DNA from: Spirochaetota bacterium
GTDB lineage: Bacteria; Spirochaetota; Spirochaetia; Treponematales; UBA12059
Direction of reading: 5' to 3'
DNA: 64,000 nucleotides
NCBI GenBank assembly: GCA_031402655.1
Contig: JANNSO010000054.1
Coordinates: forward strand, 19,058 to 83,057
The notes below the pieces were generated by a model that saw only the letters and a list, made by a program, of their open reading frames with translations, ran no database searches and was not told where the DNA came from. Both the position numbers and the translations under genes were made by a program. The first letter of the stretch is position 1, and every line of letters starts with the position of its first letter. Shown here one piece after another: positions 56,117-64,000 of the stretch.

Positions 56117-56169
56117 AGCCTGCTTTTATAAATCGAAACCGGGGAATAAACCGGACATGAGGGTATAAA

Positions 56170-57444
56170 ATGAAATTCATCGTATTGGGCATAGCCGTGC
56201 TTATGTACGGGCTGGTAATCGCGTTCTCGCACAAAAAAGCCTGGTTCACGCTGAGTGCAGGACTCATCGTCACGATACTCGGGGTGGTTACGCCCGTTCA
56301 GGTTTTGGCCGAACTGATAAACTGGAACGTGCTCCTCATCTACGTTGGCAGTTTGATAATCGCCGACCTGTTCATCTATTCGAGAGTTCCCTCGGTAATC
56401 GCGGACAAGATCGTGGAACGCTCGCCGACCCTGGGCTGGGCGGTGGTCGCCATCCTCATCATGACCGGCATCATCTCGGCATTCGTGGAAAACGTGGCTA
56501 CGGTGTTGGTTATGGCTCCCATCGCGCTCGCGCTCAGCGACAAGATGAAGGTGGATCCCCGCTATTTCATGATAGGACTTGCGGTCATGTCCAATCTCGA
56601 AGGTACGGCAACGCTGATCGGAGACCCGCCCTCGATGATATTCGCCGGTTTTGCCGGCTATTCGTTCAACGATTTCTTTTTCTACGAAGGCCGTCCCTCG
56701 GTGTTTTTCGCCGTGCAATTGGGAATGCTGGTAGGCTCTGCGTTTTTCTTCTGGTACTACAGGAAGATGGGCAAGACCAAGCTGGACATGCCGGACGAAA
56801 AAATCCTGTCGATGGTACCCAGCTGGCTGCTCATTTTCCTGATCGTCGGACTTGCGACAATCTCCTTCCTGTTCGAGGGATTCAATCTGCTGTCCGGTGG
56901 TTTCGTAATGCTGCTCGGCATTATCGGCCTGCTCTGGTTCCGCTTCATCCGCAAGGAAAGCAACGAAAAGACCATTGGTCTCGTCAAGAGCCTGGACTGG
57001 GAAACAATTTTATTCCTGGTCGGAATTTTCGTCGTGCTTGGCGCGATCACGAAAACCGGCCTGCTGGACGATTTTTCTAGGTTCCTCGCCGGCGTGGTCG
57101 GTGATAACGTGCTCCTGGGTTTCGTGCTTATCGTGGGCATCTCGGTAATCCTGTCCGGCTTCATAGACAACGTGCCGTACATAATCGTTATGCTTCCCGT
57201 GGCAGCCAAGCTATCGGCCGCGATGGGGCTCAAGCCCGAGTTGTACATGTTCGGCCTGCTCATCGGCTCGTGCCTGGGCGGCAACCTTACGCCCTTCGGC
57301 GCGTCGGCCAACGTGGTAGCCGTAGGTCTGCTCAAGAAACGCGGCACCGTTCTTAAGTTCAGCGAATGGACCAAGGTGGCCGTACCCTTTACCGTGCTGA
57401 CTACGGTTGCGTCCTCTTTATTCGTATGGATAGTCTGGCGCTGA
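56170..57444 (+). CDS. ArsB/NhaD/SLC13-superfamily permease
   Basis: 424 aa, about 10-12 TM helices, ion-transporter-superfamily-like repeats. Substrate not inferable. Confidence 0.75.
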   Translation: MKFIVLGIAVLMYGLVIAFSHKKAWFTLSAGLIVTILGVVTPVQVLAELINWNVLLIYVGSLIIADLFIYSRVPSVIADKIVERSPTLGWAVVAILIMTGIISAFVENVATVLVMAPIALALSDKMKVDPRYFMIGLAVMSNLEGTATLIGDPPSMIFAGFAGYSFNDFFFYEGRPSVFFAVQLGMLVGSAFFFWYYRKMGKTKLDMPDEKILSMVPSWLLIFLIVGLATISFLFEGFNLLSGGFVMLLGIIGLLWFRFIRKESNEKTIGLVKSLDWETILFLVGIFVVLGAITKTGLLDDFSRFLAGVVGDNVLLGFVLIVGISVILSGFIDNVPYIIVMLPVAAKLSAAMGLKPELYMFGLLIGSCLGGNLTPFGASANVVAVGLLKKRGTVLKFSEWTKVAVPFTVLTTVASSLFVWIVWR

Positions 57445-57466
57445 GATTTCGAGGGGAGTTTTTTGC

Positions 57467-57934
57467 ATGGATGCTTCAAAGACGATAGCGCTCGTGGCGC
57501 ACGACAACCGCAAGGCCGCTCTCATGGAATGGGTGTCCTACAACTGGGCTACCCTCATCTGCCACAAGATCGTGTGCACGGGCACCACGGGAAGACTCGT
57601 GGAAGAAACCATAACCAGAATGGCGGGAGGCAAGCGCCCCGATGAACTGGACATGCGCAGGCTCAAATCCGGCCCACTTGGGGGCGACCAGCAGCTGGGC
57701 GCCCTCATCTCGGACGGAGCGATAGACGCTGTCATATTCTTCTGGGACCCGATGTCTCCCCAGCCGCACGACGTGGACATAAAGGCGCTTCTGCGCATAG
57801 CGGTGCTGTACGACGTCCCGATGGCATGCAACCGCTCCACCGCCGACTTCGTCATTTCCAGCCCGCTTATGCACAAGGAATACACGCCGATGCCGCTGGA
57901 CCTTACCGATTACATAGACCGGAAAATTTTATGA
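57467..57934 (+). CDS. mgsA: methylglyoxal synthase
   Basis: IALVAHDNRK, CTGTTG, SGPLGGDQQLGA and PHDVDIKALLRIA blocks. Confidence 0.9.
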   Translation: MDASKTIALVAHDNRKAALMEWVSYNWATLICHKIVCTGTTGRLVEETITRMAGGKRPDELDMRRLKSGPLGGDQQLGALISDGAIDAVIFFWDPMSPQPHDVDIKALLRIAVLYDVPMACNRSTADFVISSPLMHKEYTPMPLDLTDYIDRKIL

Positions 57935-57963
57935 TTTCGCACTCTCTCCATGGAGGATTTTAT

Positions 57964-59145
57964 ATGAAGCCAATGACAATGCTGCGAGTGCGAGTTTTCT
58001 TCCTTGCCTTGATTTTCGCCTGCCTGTCCGGCAACCTGTCCGCACAGGACGCGGAACCGGCGACACCGGGCATTGAACCGCTCGTCGAGATTCCGCAAAC
58101 GGACATCAAGCCCGATTTTGGCCTGGCCGGACTTAAATTCTACAGTCTCCAGATGTATGGCGGGATAAAAGGCCTGACAATCATCCCGGGTGCGCAGAGC
58201 AGGGCATTGCTGTATGCCGGCGGCGGTTATATAGGCGACGCCTATTACCGGGACCTTGCGTCGGGCGACGTACTCGTGCCGCAGCCGAGCGAGGCCGACC
58301 CCTTCCCCAACTCGGAGTTCAAGCGCTGGTTCGTTCAGGGCAAACTGGGCATGGACCTGGGCCTCGTGTACAACGAAGACCTGGAAAAAAACATGCTGTA
58401 CTCGATGATCTTCGTCAAGACGATGTACAGCGAATTCATGCCGGGAAGCGTAAGCAAAAACAATCCTATACTCTATGATACCTCCTATCCCGACCGCGAC
58501 GGCTTTTTTGAGACTTCGCTGTTTGCCAGCCTCTGCCTCGACCTTGTGCGCTACAATGCGGCAATACAGACCGCGCACGGTTTAGCCGGAGAAATTTCCG
58601 TAGACTGGACGCCGGGAATCACACTCAACACAGTATTCGGTTCAGCTGATTACCTGAGGCTAAACCTGACCGGCCGCGGTTTCTATACTGTACTGGAATC
58701 CGACAAATTCGGGCTCTACCTCGCCGAGAGGGCTATAGCCGATGTGCTGCTGGGCGACGATGGTTCAATTTCAGCCTTCGCGCGCCGCAATGTCGGCGGA
58801 CTTGACGTATTCAGCGGGGCAGGAGGCACCGTTCGCGGCATGGAGGGCGGCCGCTACGACAGCTTCGCCAAACTGATAAACAACCTGGAACTGCGCTTTA
58901 CCATGCTGCCGCTTTTCAAGGGCTTCCTCGTACCAGAGCTTTTTGCCTTCTTTGACATGGGCTTCGTAGACAACTTCGACTACAGCATCAATTTTAATAA
59001 GGGACTCTATTCCACCGGCGGCGGCATTTTCGTAAACCTGAGCGCATCCGGCGCAACCATCATGGATCTTGGCTACTATGTCTCCTACTCCATTACCGAA
59101 AAGCGTTTTAATCCGTTCAACATAGGATTCGGGCACCATTTCTAA
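57964..59145 (+). CDS. putative outer-membrane beta-barrel protein
   Basis: Start at ATG 57964 gives signal peptide MKPMTMLRVRVFFLALIFACLSGNLSAQD. Alternating hydrophobic pattern and C-terminal ..GFGHHF ending in Phe. Function unknown. Confidence 0.5.
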   Translation: MKPMTMLRVRVFFLALIFACLSGNLSAQDAEPATPGIEPLVEIPQTDIKPDFGLAGLKFYSLQMYGGIKGLTIIPGAQSRALLYAGGGYIGDAYYRDLASGDVLVPQPSEADPFPNSEFKRWFVQGKLGMDLGLVYNEDLEKNMLYSMIFVKTMYSEFMPGSVSKNNPILYDTSYPDRDGFFETSLFASLCLDLVRYNAAIQTAHGLAGEISVDWTPGITLNTVFGSADYLRLNLTGRGFYTVLESDKFGLYLAERAIADVLLGDDGSISAFARRNVGGLDVFSGAGGTVRGMEGGRYDSFAKLINNLELRFTMLPLFKGFLVPELFAFFDMGFVDNFDYSINFNKGLYSTGGGIFVNLSASGATIMDLGYYVSYSITEKRFNPFNIGFGHHF

Positions 59146-59152
59146 GAAAAAT

Positions 59153-59183
59153 ATCCGCATGCCATTTACAGCGGCATGCGGAT
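59153..59183. other. perfect 11-bp stem-loop between the OMP gene and the cyclase gene
   Basis: ATCCGCATGCC (59153..59163) pairs with GGCATGCGGAT (59173..59183), with a 9-nt loop. There is an A-run upstream but no T-run downstream on the + strand, so terminator status is uncertain. Confidence 0.4.
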
Positions 59184-59201
59184 GCATGATAATTCCATCT
59201 C

Positions 59202-62012
59202 ATGGACAATCCAAAAAAGATAAAGACAAAGCCTTCGAATTTTTCGCGCATGACGATCGCGCTTTTAATGCTTGCAGGCACATGCGCGGGCTTGGGCCTG
59301 GCTGCGTACCTGGGCAGGGATTTTCTTGCATCGCCCCCTTTTTCCGCCAGCATGCCCTTCAAATACCTTCGATCCGCAATCGTATCCTCCAAGGGCAAAA
59401 TAGTTGCCGTGGATTCGGGAGAACGCAGGCTGCTGGGACTTGATGTCAATGCCCGCCTCTCGTTCCTCGCCAAGGGCGAACAGAGGAAAAACGGGTTCTA
59501 CAGCGGTCGGCCTATCGGTTTCGACTCGCTGGGGCGATTCTACATTGACAACACGGTCCTGGACATGGCTTCCTTCAATACCGCGCAAAGACAAATTCTG
59601 CGATTCAGCGGAGCAGGCAAGTTCCTGGGCGTCGTAGACCAATTCAGTTTCGAAGACGAGGCCATGTCCGACTGGGAAACGCACCCCGTGTTTACCCAGA
59701 TGCACGCAGACACCTTGTTTTGGTTCAAGAAAGACGGCGATGCCTGGACTCTGCGCTCGATTTCCGCCTTCGATACAGCGGCTTTGAAAGCCGACAAAGT
59801 GCAAGTTTTTACTCTGGGAGATTTTAACGTCTATGAGGCTGCCGATATCGCCGTCCTGTCCCCCGACGAATTCTACGTGCTTTCGAAAGACGGTTCGCTG
59901 GGGCGATGGACAAGCGCTAACGGGTTCGAAGCCTGGTTCGACAATGCCGGAATCGATACCCCCATCATACGATCCCCAACCGGCACGGCAATAGATTACC
60001 AGGGACGGATCCTGGTGATTGACGGCAAACGGCTGGTGTATCGCTTTGACCCGCGAGGCGATCCCATTCCCGTTCCCGTGCTTAACCCGGAAATAGCAAA
60101 GCGCGGCGGATATGCCGGGCAGATAGCCTTTCAGGAAATCGCAGCCCTTCCTAACGGCGGGTTTATCATGGGCAACGAGTTTTCCGGAGAGTTGCTGACA
60201 CTTTTGCCCAATGGCGCTATTTCATCGGTTCCTGCAATCGAATTCGGATCATCCTTCAAGATTCTGAATATCGTTATTTGGCTTTCATTAACCCTTTCCC
60301 TGCTCTGTGCCGTTTCGGTGCTCGTCATTTTTTACATAAAGGCCTTCAAGAAGCCCAGCTATCTCATCGTTAAGCAATTGCTCGCATTCATACCCCTCAT
60401 CGTCCTCATGGTTGCACTCGTGGCAACCTATGTCTATCAGGGTATATCAGAGCTGCTCGAGCAGCAAATCAAGGACAGGCTGCAACACCTGGCCGGGATC
60501 GGCGCATCCCGCATGTCTTCGGATGCAATCGATACGGATCAGGTCGAAACAGCCCGGTTTGAGGAGCTCCTGGGCTCGGACAGCCATAAAAGCATAGTTT
60601 CCGTGCTGGATGAGCTGGTAAACCTAAACGAGGACGAATGGAACTCCTATGTTTTTCCGTATCTTTACAGAAAAGCCGGAGGCGTTTGGTGGGCCATGGG
60701 TTCCTTCGATTATTTCGAGATCTACCCCTACTTCAAACCTGAATTCGAACGTATCATGGAAAAAGCGGAACCCATCTACTTCAAGTACAGCGATGTTTAC
60801 GGTTCTTGGCTGTCTGCCTGTGCACCGGTACTACGCGCGGACGGTTCCGTTGCGGCCGTATTCGAAGCATCCATGAGCGCGAATACGATTGACGAAGCGC
60901 AACGCAGCTACATAAAGCGCGCCGTAGTCGGAGGCCTCGCCATCCTGGCAGCCTTTCTGCTTGTTTTCGGCGCATTTACCGGCGGTTTGCTCCGTTCGAT
61001 CAGGGTACTCAAATCCGGCGCAGCGCGCCTGGCATCCGGCGATTACGAAGTCGAAGTAAAAATACATTCCCGCGACGAAATCGAAGATCTGGGACAATCA
61101 TTCAATTCGATGTCCCGCGAAATTAAAACCTACGTAAGCCGGCTTGAAGTGCTTAATCGTGCCAATAGCCGATTCGTTCCCAGCGAATTTCTATCCAGAC
61201 TAGGACGCGCCAGCATTACGGAGATAGGTCTGGGTGACCAGGTGCTTACCGACATGACCATCCTGTTCTCCGACATCCGCGATTTTACCAAGCTTACGGA
61301 AAAATTGGGGCCGGCGGGTACCATGGACTTCCTAAACGACTACCTGTCCAGAATGGGGCCATCGGTACGCGCAAACGGCGGTTTTGTTGATAAATACGTG
61401 GGCGACATGATTATGGCCCTGTTCCCGGAAAGCACCGATGGAGCAGTGGATTCCGTATTGGCCATGATGGATTCCCTGGATCTTTTCCGCAGCGAATTGG
61501 CTGCCGGGGGCGAATGGATGGTGGATGCAGGCTTTGGGCTGCACTCCGGGCCCTTGATGCTGGGGATTATAGGCGAGGAAGAGCGATTCGAGGGTACCGT
61601 AATCGCCGATGCCGTCAATCTGGCGTCCCGTATCGAGAGCCTCACTAAATTCTACGGCGTCCGCGCTCTTATTAGCGGGGAAGTAAAAGAAAAGCTGCTG
61701 CGTCCCCGGAGGCTCCGATTCATCGACATAGTCCATGTAAAGGGGAAAAGCCGACCGGCCAAACTCTATGAACTTATCGCCGGCGGAGATCCCGCCGCAA
61801 AGGCGAAGCTTGCATCGATGGTTCCGTATGTCCGTGGATTCGAGGAGTATAGCCGCAGTTCTTTTACCGAAGCGGCAAAATCCTTCACGGAAGCACTGCA
61901 AGTAGCGCCGGGGGACAGGCCCGCGCAGATACTCCTTGACCGCTGCATGAAGATGTTCGTAAGCGGCGCCCCGGCCGACTGGAAAGGCGTTACGGAATTC
62001 CACGATAAATAA
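59202..62012 (+). CDS. membrane sensor adenylate/guanylate cyclase (class III) with HAMP domain
   Basis: 936 aa. Large extracytoplasmic N-terminal region, TM helices, HAMP (SRDEIEDLGQSFNSM). Cyclase blocks ILFSDIRDFT, KYVGDMIMALF, GLHSGPLMLGIIG and ADAVNLASRIE. Confidence 0.9.
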   Translation: MDNPKKIKTKPSNFSRMTIALLMLAGTCAGLGLAAYLGRDFLASPPFSASMPFKYLRSAIVSSKGKIVAVDSGERRLLGLDVNARLSFLAKGEQRKNGFYSGRPIGFDSLGRFYIDNTVLDMASFNTAQRQILRFSGAGKFLGVVDQFSFEDEAMSDWETHPVFTQMHADTLFWFKKDGDAWTLRSISAFDTAALKADKVQVFTLGDFNVYEAADIAVLSPDEFYVLSKDGSLGRWTSANGFEAWFDNAGIDTPIIRSPTGTAIDYQGRILVIDGKRLVYRFDPRGDPIPVPVLNPEIAKRGGYAGQIAFQEIAALPNGGFIMGNEFSGELLTLLPNGAISSVPAIEFGSSFKILNIVIWLSLTLSLLCAVSVLVIFYIKAFKKPSYLIVKQLLAFIPLIVLMVALVATYVYQGISELLEQQIKDRLQHLAGIGASRMSSDAIDTDQVETARFEELLGSDSHKSIVSVLDELVNLNEDEWNSYVFPYLYRKAGGVWWAMGSFDYFEIYPYFKPEFERIMEKAEPIYFKYSDVYGSWLSACAPVLRADGSVAAVFEASMSANTIDEAQRSYIKRAVVGGLAILAAFLLVFGAFTGGLLRSIRVLKSGAARLASGDYEVEVKIHSRDEIEDLGQSFNSMSREIKTYVSRLEVLNRANSRFVPSEFLSRLGRASITEIGLGDQVLTDMTILFSDIRDFTKLTEKLGPAGTMDFLNDYLSRMGPSVRANGGFVDKYVGDMIMALFPESTDGAVDSVLAMMDSLDLFRSELAAGGEWMVDAGFGLHSGPLMLGIIGEEERFEGTVIADAVNLASRIESLTKFYGVRALISGEVKEKLLRPRRLRFIDIVHVKGKSRPAKLYELIAGGDPAAKAKLASMVPYVRGFEEYSRSSFTEAAKSFTEALQVAPGDRPAQILLDRCMKMFVSGAPADWKGVTEFHDK

Positions 62013-62167
62013 AAAATCGCTTATAGAAAAGCCATATCTATAAAACAACGCGGCAGTTGGCGACCATGTTCCCAGTTGCCACGTTGATTGTTTTGAGGTA
62101 TTCTCCCGAACGGCCGCTTAACAGAAATCTAATCAATTTCTAACAATCACCTCCCAAGGAGCCTGAA

Positions 62168-62965
62168 ATGAAATCTAGTACCCTGATGCGTACGCTGGTT
62201 TTTACCGCGTTGCTTGTTTTCCTCGCATCCTGCCAGAGAAAAGACGACGCGGTTACCCTGGCCGGGTCCACGGCATTCCAGCCGTTCGCAGAAAAGCTCG
62301 CTGAGGATTTTATGAGCGCCAACAAAGGCGCGAACATAACGGTTCAAGGCGGCGGGTCGGCAGTAGGCATAAACGCGGCCAACTCCGGGGCGGCACAGAT
62401 AGGCATGGCCGATCTCATCGAGCTTCCTACCGAAGCCGCCCAGCTGAAAGGCGTAATCGTCGCCAGGGACGGAATCGCCGTCGTAATAAATCCGGCCAAC
62501 CCGGTCTCCGATATCACGGTCGAGCAAATTCGCGGCCTCTTTTCCGGTACCATTAAAAACTGGAAGGACGTCGGCGGAGCCGATAAACCCGTTACGGTCG
62601 TTTCCCGGGAGGCCGGGTCGGGAACCCGTTCCTCCTTCGAGAAAATAATTGGCGGTATTTCCCTCTCCAAAGAAGCGGTAATACAGGACTCCAACGGAAC
62701 GATACGCGAAACCGTGGCGAACGACGCCAATGCAGTCGGATATCTTTCCCACGGATTGCTTTCCGAAAAGATCAAAGCCCTTTCCGTCAACGGTCAGCCC
62801 TCTACTACCGAGGCAATTCTAGCCGGAGCCTATCCCCTGGTAAGGCCGGTATATTTCCTTACGAAAGAGCCGGTTTCCACCGCCACTCAGGCTTTCATCG
62901 ACTATGTCTTAAGCCCTGAAGGCCAGAAAACCATTAAGGATAACGGGCTTATTCCCGCGAAATAA
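62168..62965 (+). CDS. pstS: phosphate ABC transporter substrate-binding protein
   Basis: Lipobox FLASC. GSTAFQPF and QGGGSAVGI blocks. Followed by pstC/pstA. Confidence 0.85.
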   Translation: MKSSTLMRTLVFTALLVFLASCQRKDDAVTLAGSTAFQPFAEKLAEDFMSANKGANITVQGGGSAVGINAANSGAAQIGMADLIELPTEAAQLKGVIVARDGIAVVINPANPVSDITVEQIRGLFSGTIKNWKDVGGADKPVTVVSREAGSGTRSSFEKIIGGISLSKEAVIQDSNGTIRETVANDANAVGYLSHGLLSEKIKALSVNGQPSTTEAILAGAYPLVRPVYFLTKEPVSTATQAFIDYVLSPEGQKTIKDNGLIPAK

Positions 62966-62996
62966 GCACACTGGGAAATTCGAGGAAAGGTTTTGC

Positions 62997-63860
62997 ATGA
63001 AGATACCACGCGAAAAGGTTGTCGAGTCGATACTGTTGCTCGTAGCCTGTTCCGCCATCCTAAGCCTCTCGCTGATCGCGTTGTTCATTCTAAAAGAAGG
63101 ACTTCCGTTCATGTTCAAGATCGGGCTGGACAAATTCCTTTTTTCCTCCGACTGGGAACCCCAGGCAGGGAAATATGGAATTTTCCCCATGATCGTGTCG
63201 TCGCTCTGGGTAACGGTCGGCGCCTTGCTCATAGGTGGTCCCTTGGGGGTGATGGGAGCGGTTTTTCTTACCGAATTCGCGCCAAAACGCATGATGCGCG
63301 TGGTCAAGCCCGCCATTGAGCTATTGGCCGGCATTCCCTCCGTCGTCTTTGGCTTCATAGGCGTCATGGTGCTGGCACCCTTTATCCGCGGCACCTTCGG
63401 CGGTCCGGGATTATCGGTATTGTCGGCGGCCGTTATTTTGGGAATCATGATACTCCCCACCGTGATGAGCATCTCCTGCGATGCCATAAACTCCGTTCCC
63501 TACAGTTACCGCGAAGGAGCCCGCGCCCTTGGCGCCACTCGATGGCAAGCGGTTCGCATGGTAGTGCTTAAGGCATCGCGCTCGGGAATCCTCGCAGGCC
63601 TAATCCTGGGAATGGGCCGCGCAATCGGCGAAACAATGGCGGTAATAATGGTGGCCGGAAACGCCGTCAAGGTGCCTTTTTCGCCCCTCGATTCAGTTAG
63701 AACCCTTACCGCCAATATTGCCCTGGAAATGGGTTACGCTACCGGCATGCACCGTCAAGCCCTGTTCGCAACCGGTGTCGTCCTCCTGGTAGTCATCATG
63801 TTTTTGAATGGCTTGGCCATGTCCATACTCAAAGGCAAGCTGGGCGGTAAAAAAAGATGA
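62997..63860 (+). CDS. pstC: phosphate ABC transporter permease
   Basis: 287 aa, 6 TM helices, permease loop YREGARALGATRWQ. Confidence 0.85.
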   Translation: MKIPREKVVESILLLVACSAILSLSLIALFILKEGLPFMFKIGLDKFLFSSDWEPQAGKYGIFPMIVSSLWVTVGALLIGGPLGVMGAVFLTEFAPKRMMRVVKPAIELLAGIPSVVFGFIGVMVLAPFIRGTFGGPGLSVLSAAVILGIMILPTVMSISCDAINSVPYSYREGARALGATRWQAVRMVVLKASRSGILAGLILGMGRAIGETMAVIMVAGNAVKVPFSPLDSVRTLTANIALEMGYATGMHRQALFATGVVLLVVIMFLNGLAMSILKGKLGGKKR

Positions 63861-64000
63861 AGCCTAAAAGCACCCAAAAGATCGCCGTGTCCGTCCTGGG
63901 CGGAGCGACCGTCCTTACCTTGCTCGTATTAATCTTTATTATATTGTTCGTGCTGCAGAAGGGCCTGCCGACTATCAGCCTGGCGTTCCTGTTCACCAGT
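63857..64000 (+). CDS. pstA: phosphate ABC transporter permease (N-terminal fragment; runs off the right edge)
   Basis: ATG 63857 overlaps the pstC stop (ATGA). MKPKSTQKIAVSVLGGATVLTLLVLIFIILFVLQKGLPTISLAFLFTS. Assigned from gene order. Confidence 0.7.
   Translation, partial: MKPKSTQKIAVSVLGGATVLTLLVLIFIILFVLQKGLPTISLAFLFTS

Noticed and set aside
62054-62083. Possible Pho box upstream of pstS (CAGTTGGCGAC .. CAGTTGCCACG direct repeats).
   Set aside because: The repeats are 19 bp apart rather than in the ~11-bp phasing of PhoB boxes. They do not resemble CTGTCAT-type half-sites. The evidence is too weak to call.
1-64000. Search for defence islands, prophage, integrases, toxin-antitoxin pairs, retrons or secondary-metabolite clusters.
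   Set aside because: No ORF shows integrase, terminase, capsid, Cas, restriction-modification, reverse-transcriptase or PKS/NRPS motifs by eye. The only mobile-DNA-type gene is the RAYT-like ORF, and the only toxin-like fold is the orphan PIN protein.

Overview
Densely coding 64-kb chromosomal window, roughly mid-50s % GC by eye, with about 57 CDS. I found no rRNA, tRNA, CRISPR array or prophage. Gene content falls into four groups. (1) Housekeeping metabolism: ilvE, malQ, purQ/purL, pyrC, a DHOD-like gene, mgsA and pstSCA. (2) Metal homeostasis: an ArsR-P1B ATPase operon, a CDF transporter and ferritin. (3) An unusually high density of signalling genes: three PP2C/SpoIIE phosphatases, a STAS/RsbW-like partner-switching pair, two GGDEF cyclases, a class III cyclase, and an ODP-like di-iron protein next to a soluble MCP. 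(4) Envelope functions: ExbB/ExbD/TonB, a heterodimeric ABC exporter pair, and NfeD plus two flotillins. This mix resembles a free-living spirochaete, but the taxon cannot be established from the sequence alone. The most unusual signal is non-genic. The 12-13-nt word (G)AGCCCTGTCCCC occurs at least 15 times exactly, plus 3 one-mismatch copies. It appears in both orientations, between genes, inside conserved coding sequence, and in two tandem arrays. One array directly abuts a low-GC RAYT-like (IS200/IS605-type HUH Y1) transposase gene. A second repeat family is a multi-hairpin element. One copy (242 bp) has perfect 12-bp terminal inverted repeats and a TAAT duplication at the stop codon of a fatty-acid-CoA ligase gene. 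A second copy 29 kb away, upstream of ferritin, has a core about 95% identical. All repeat counts were made by eye and no database search was possible.
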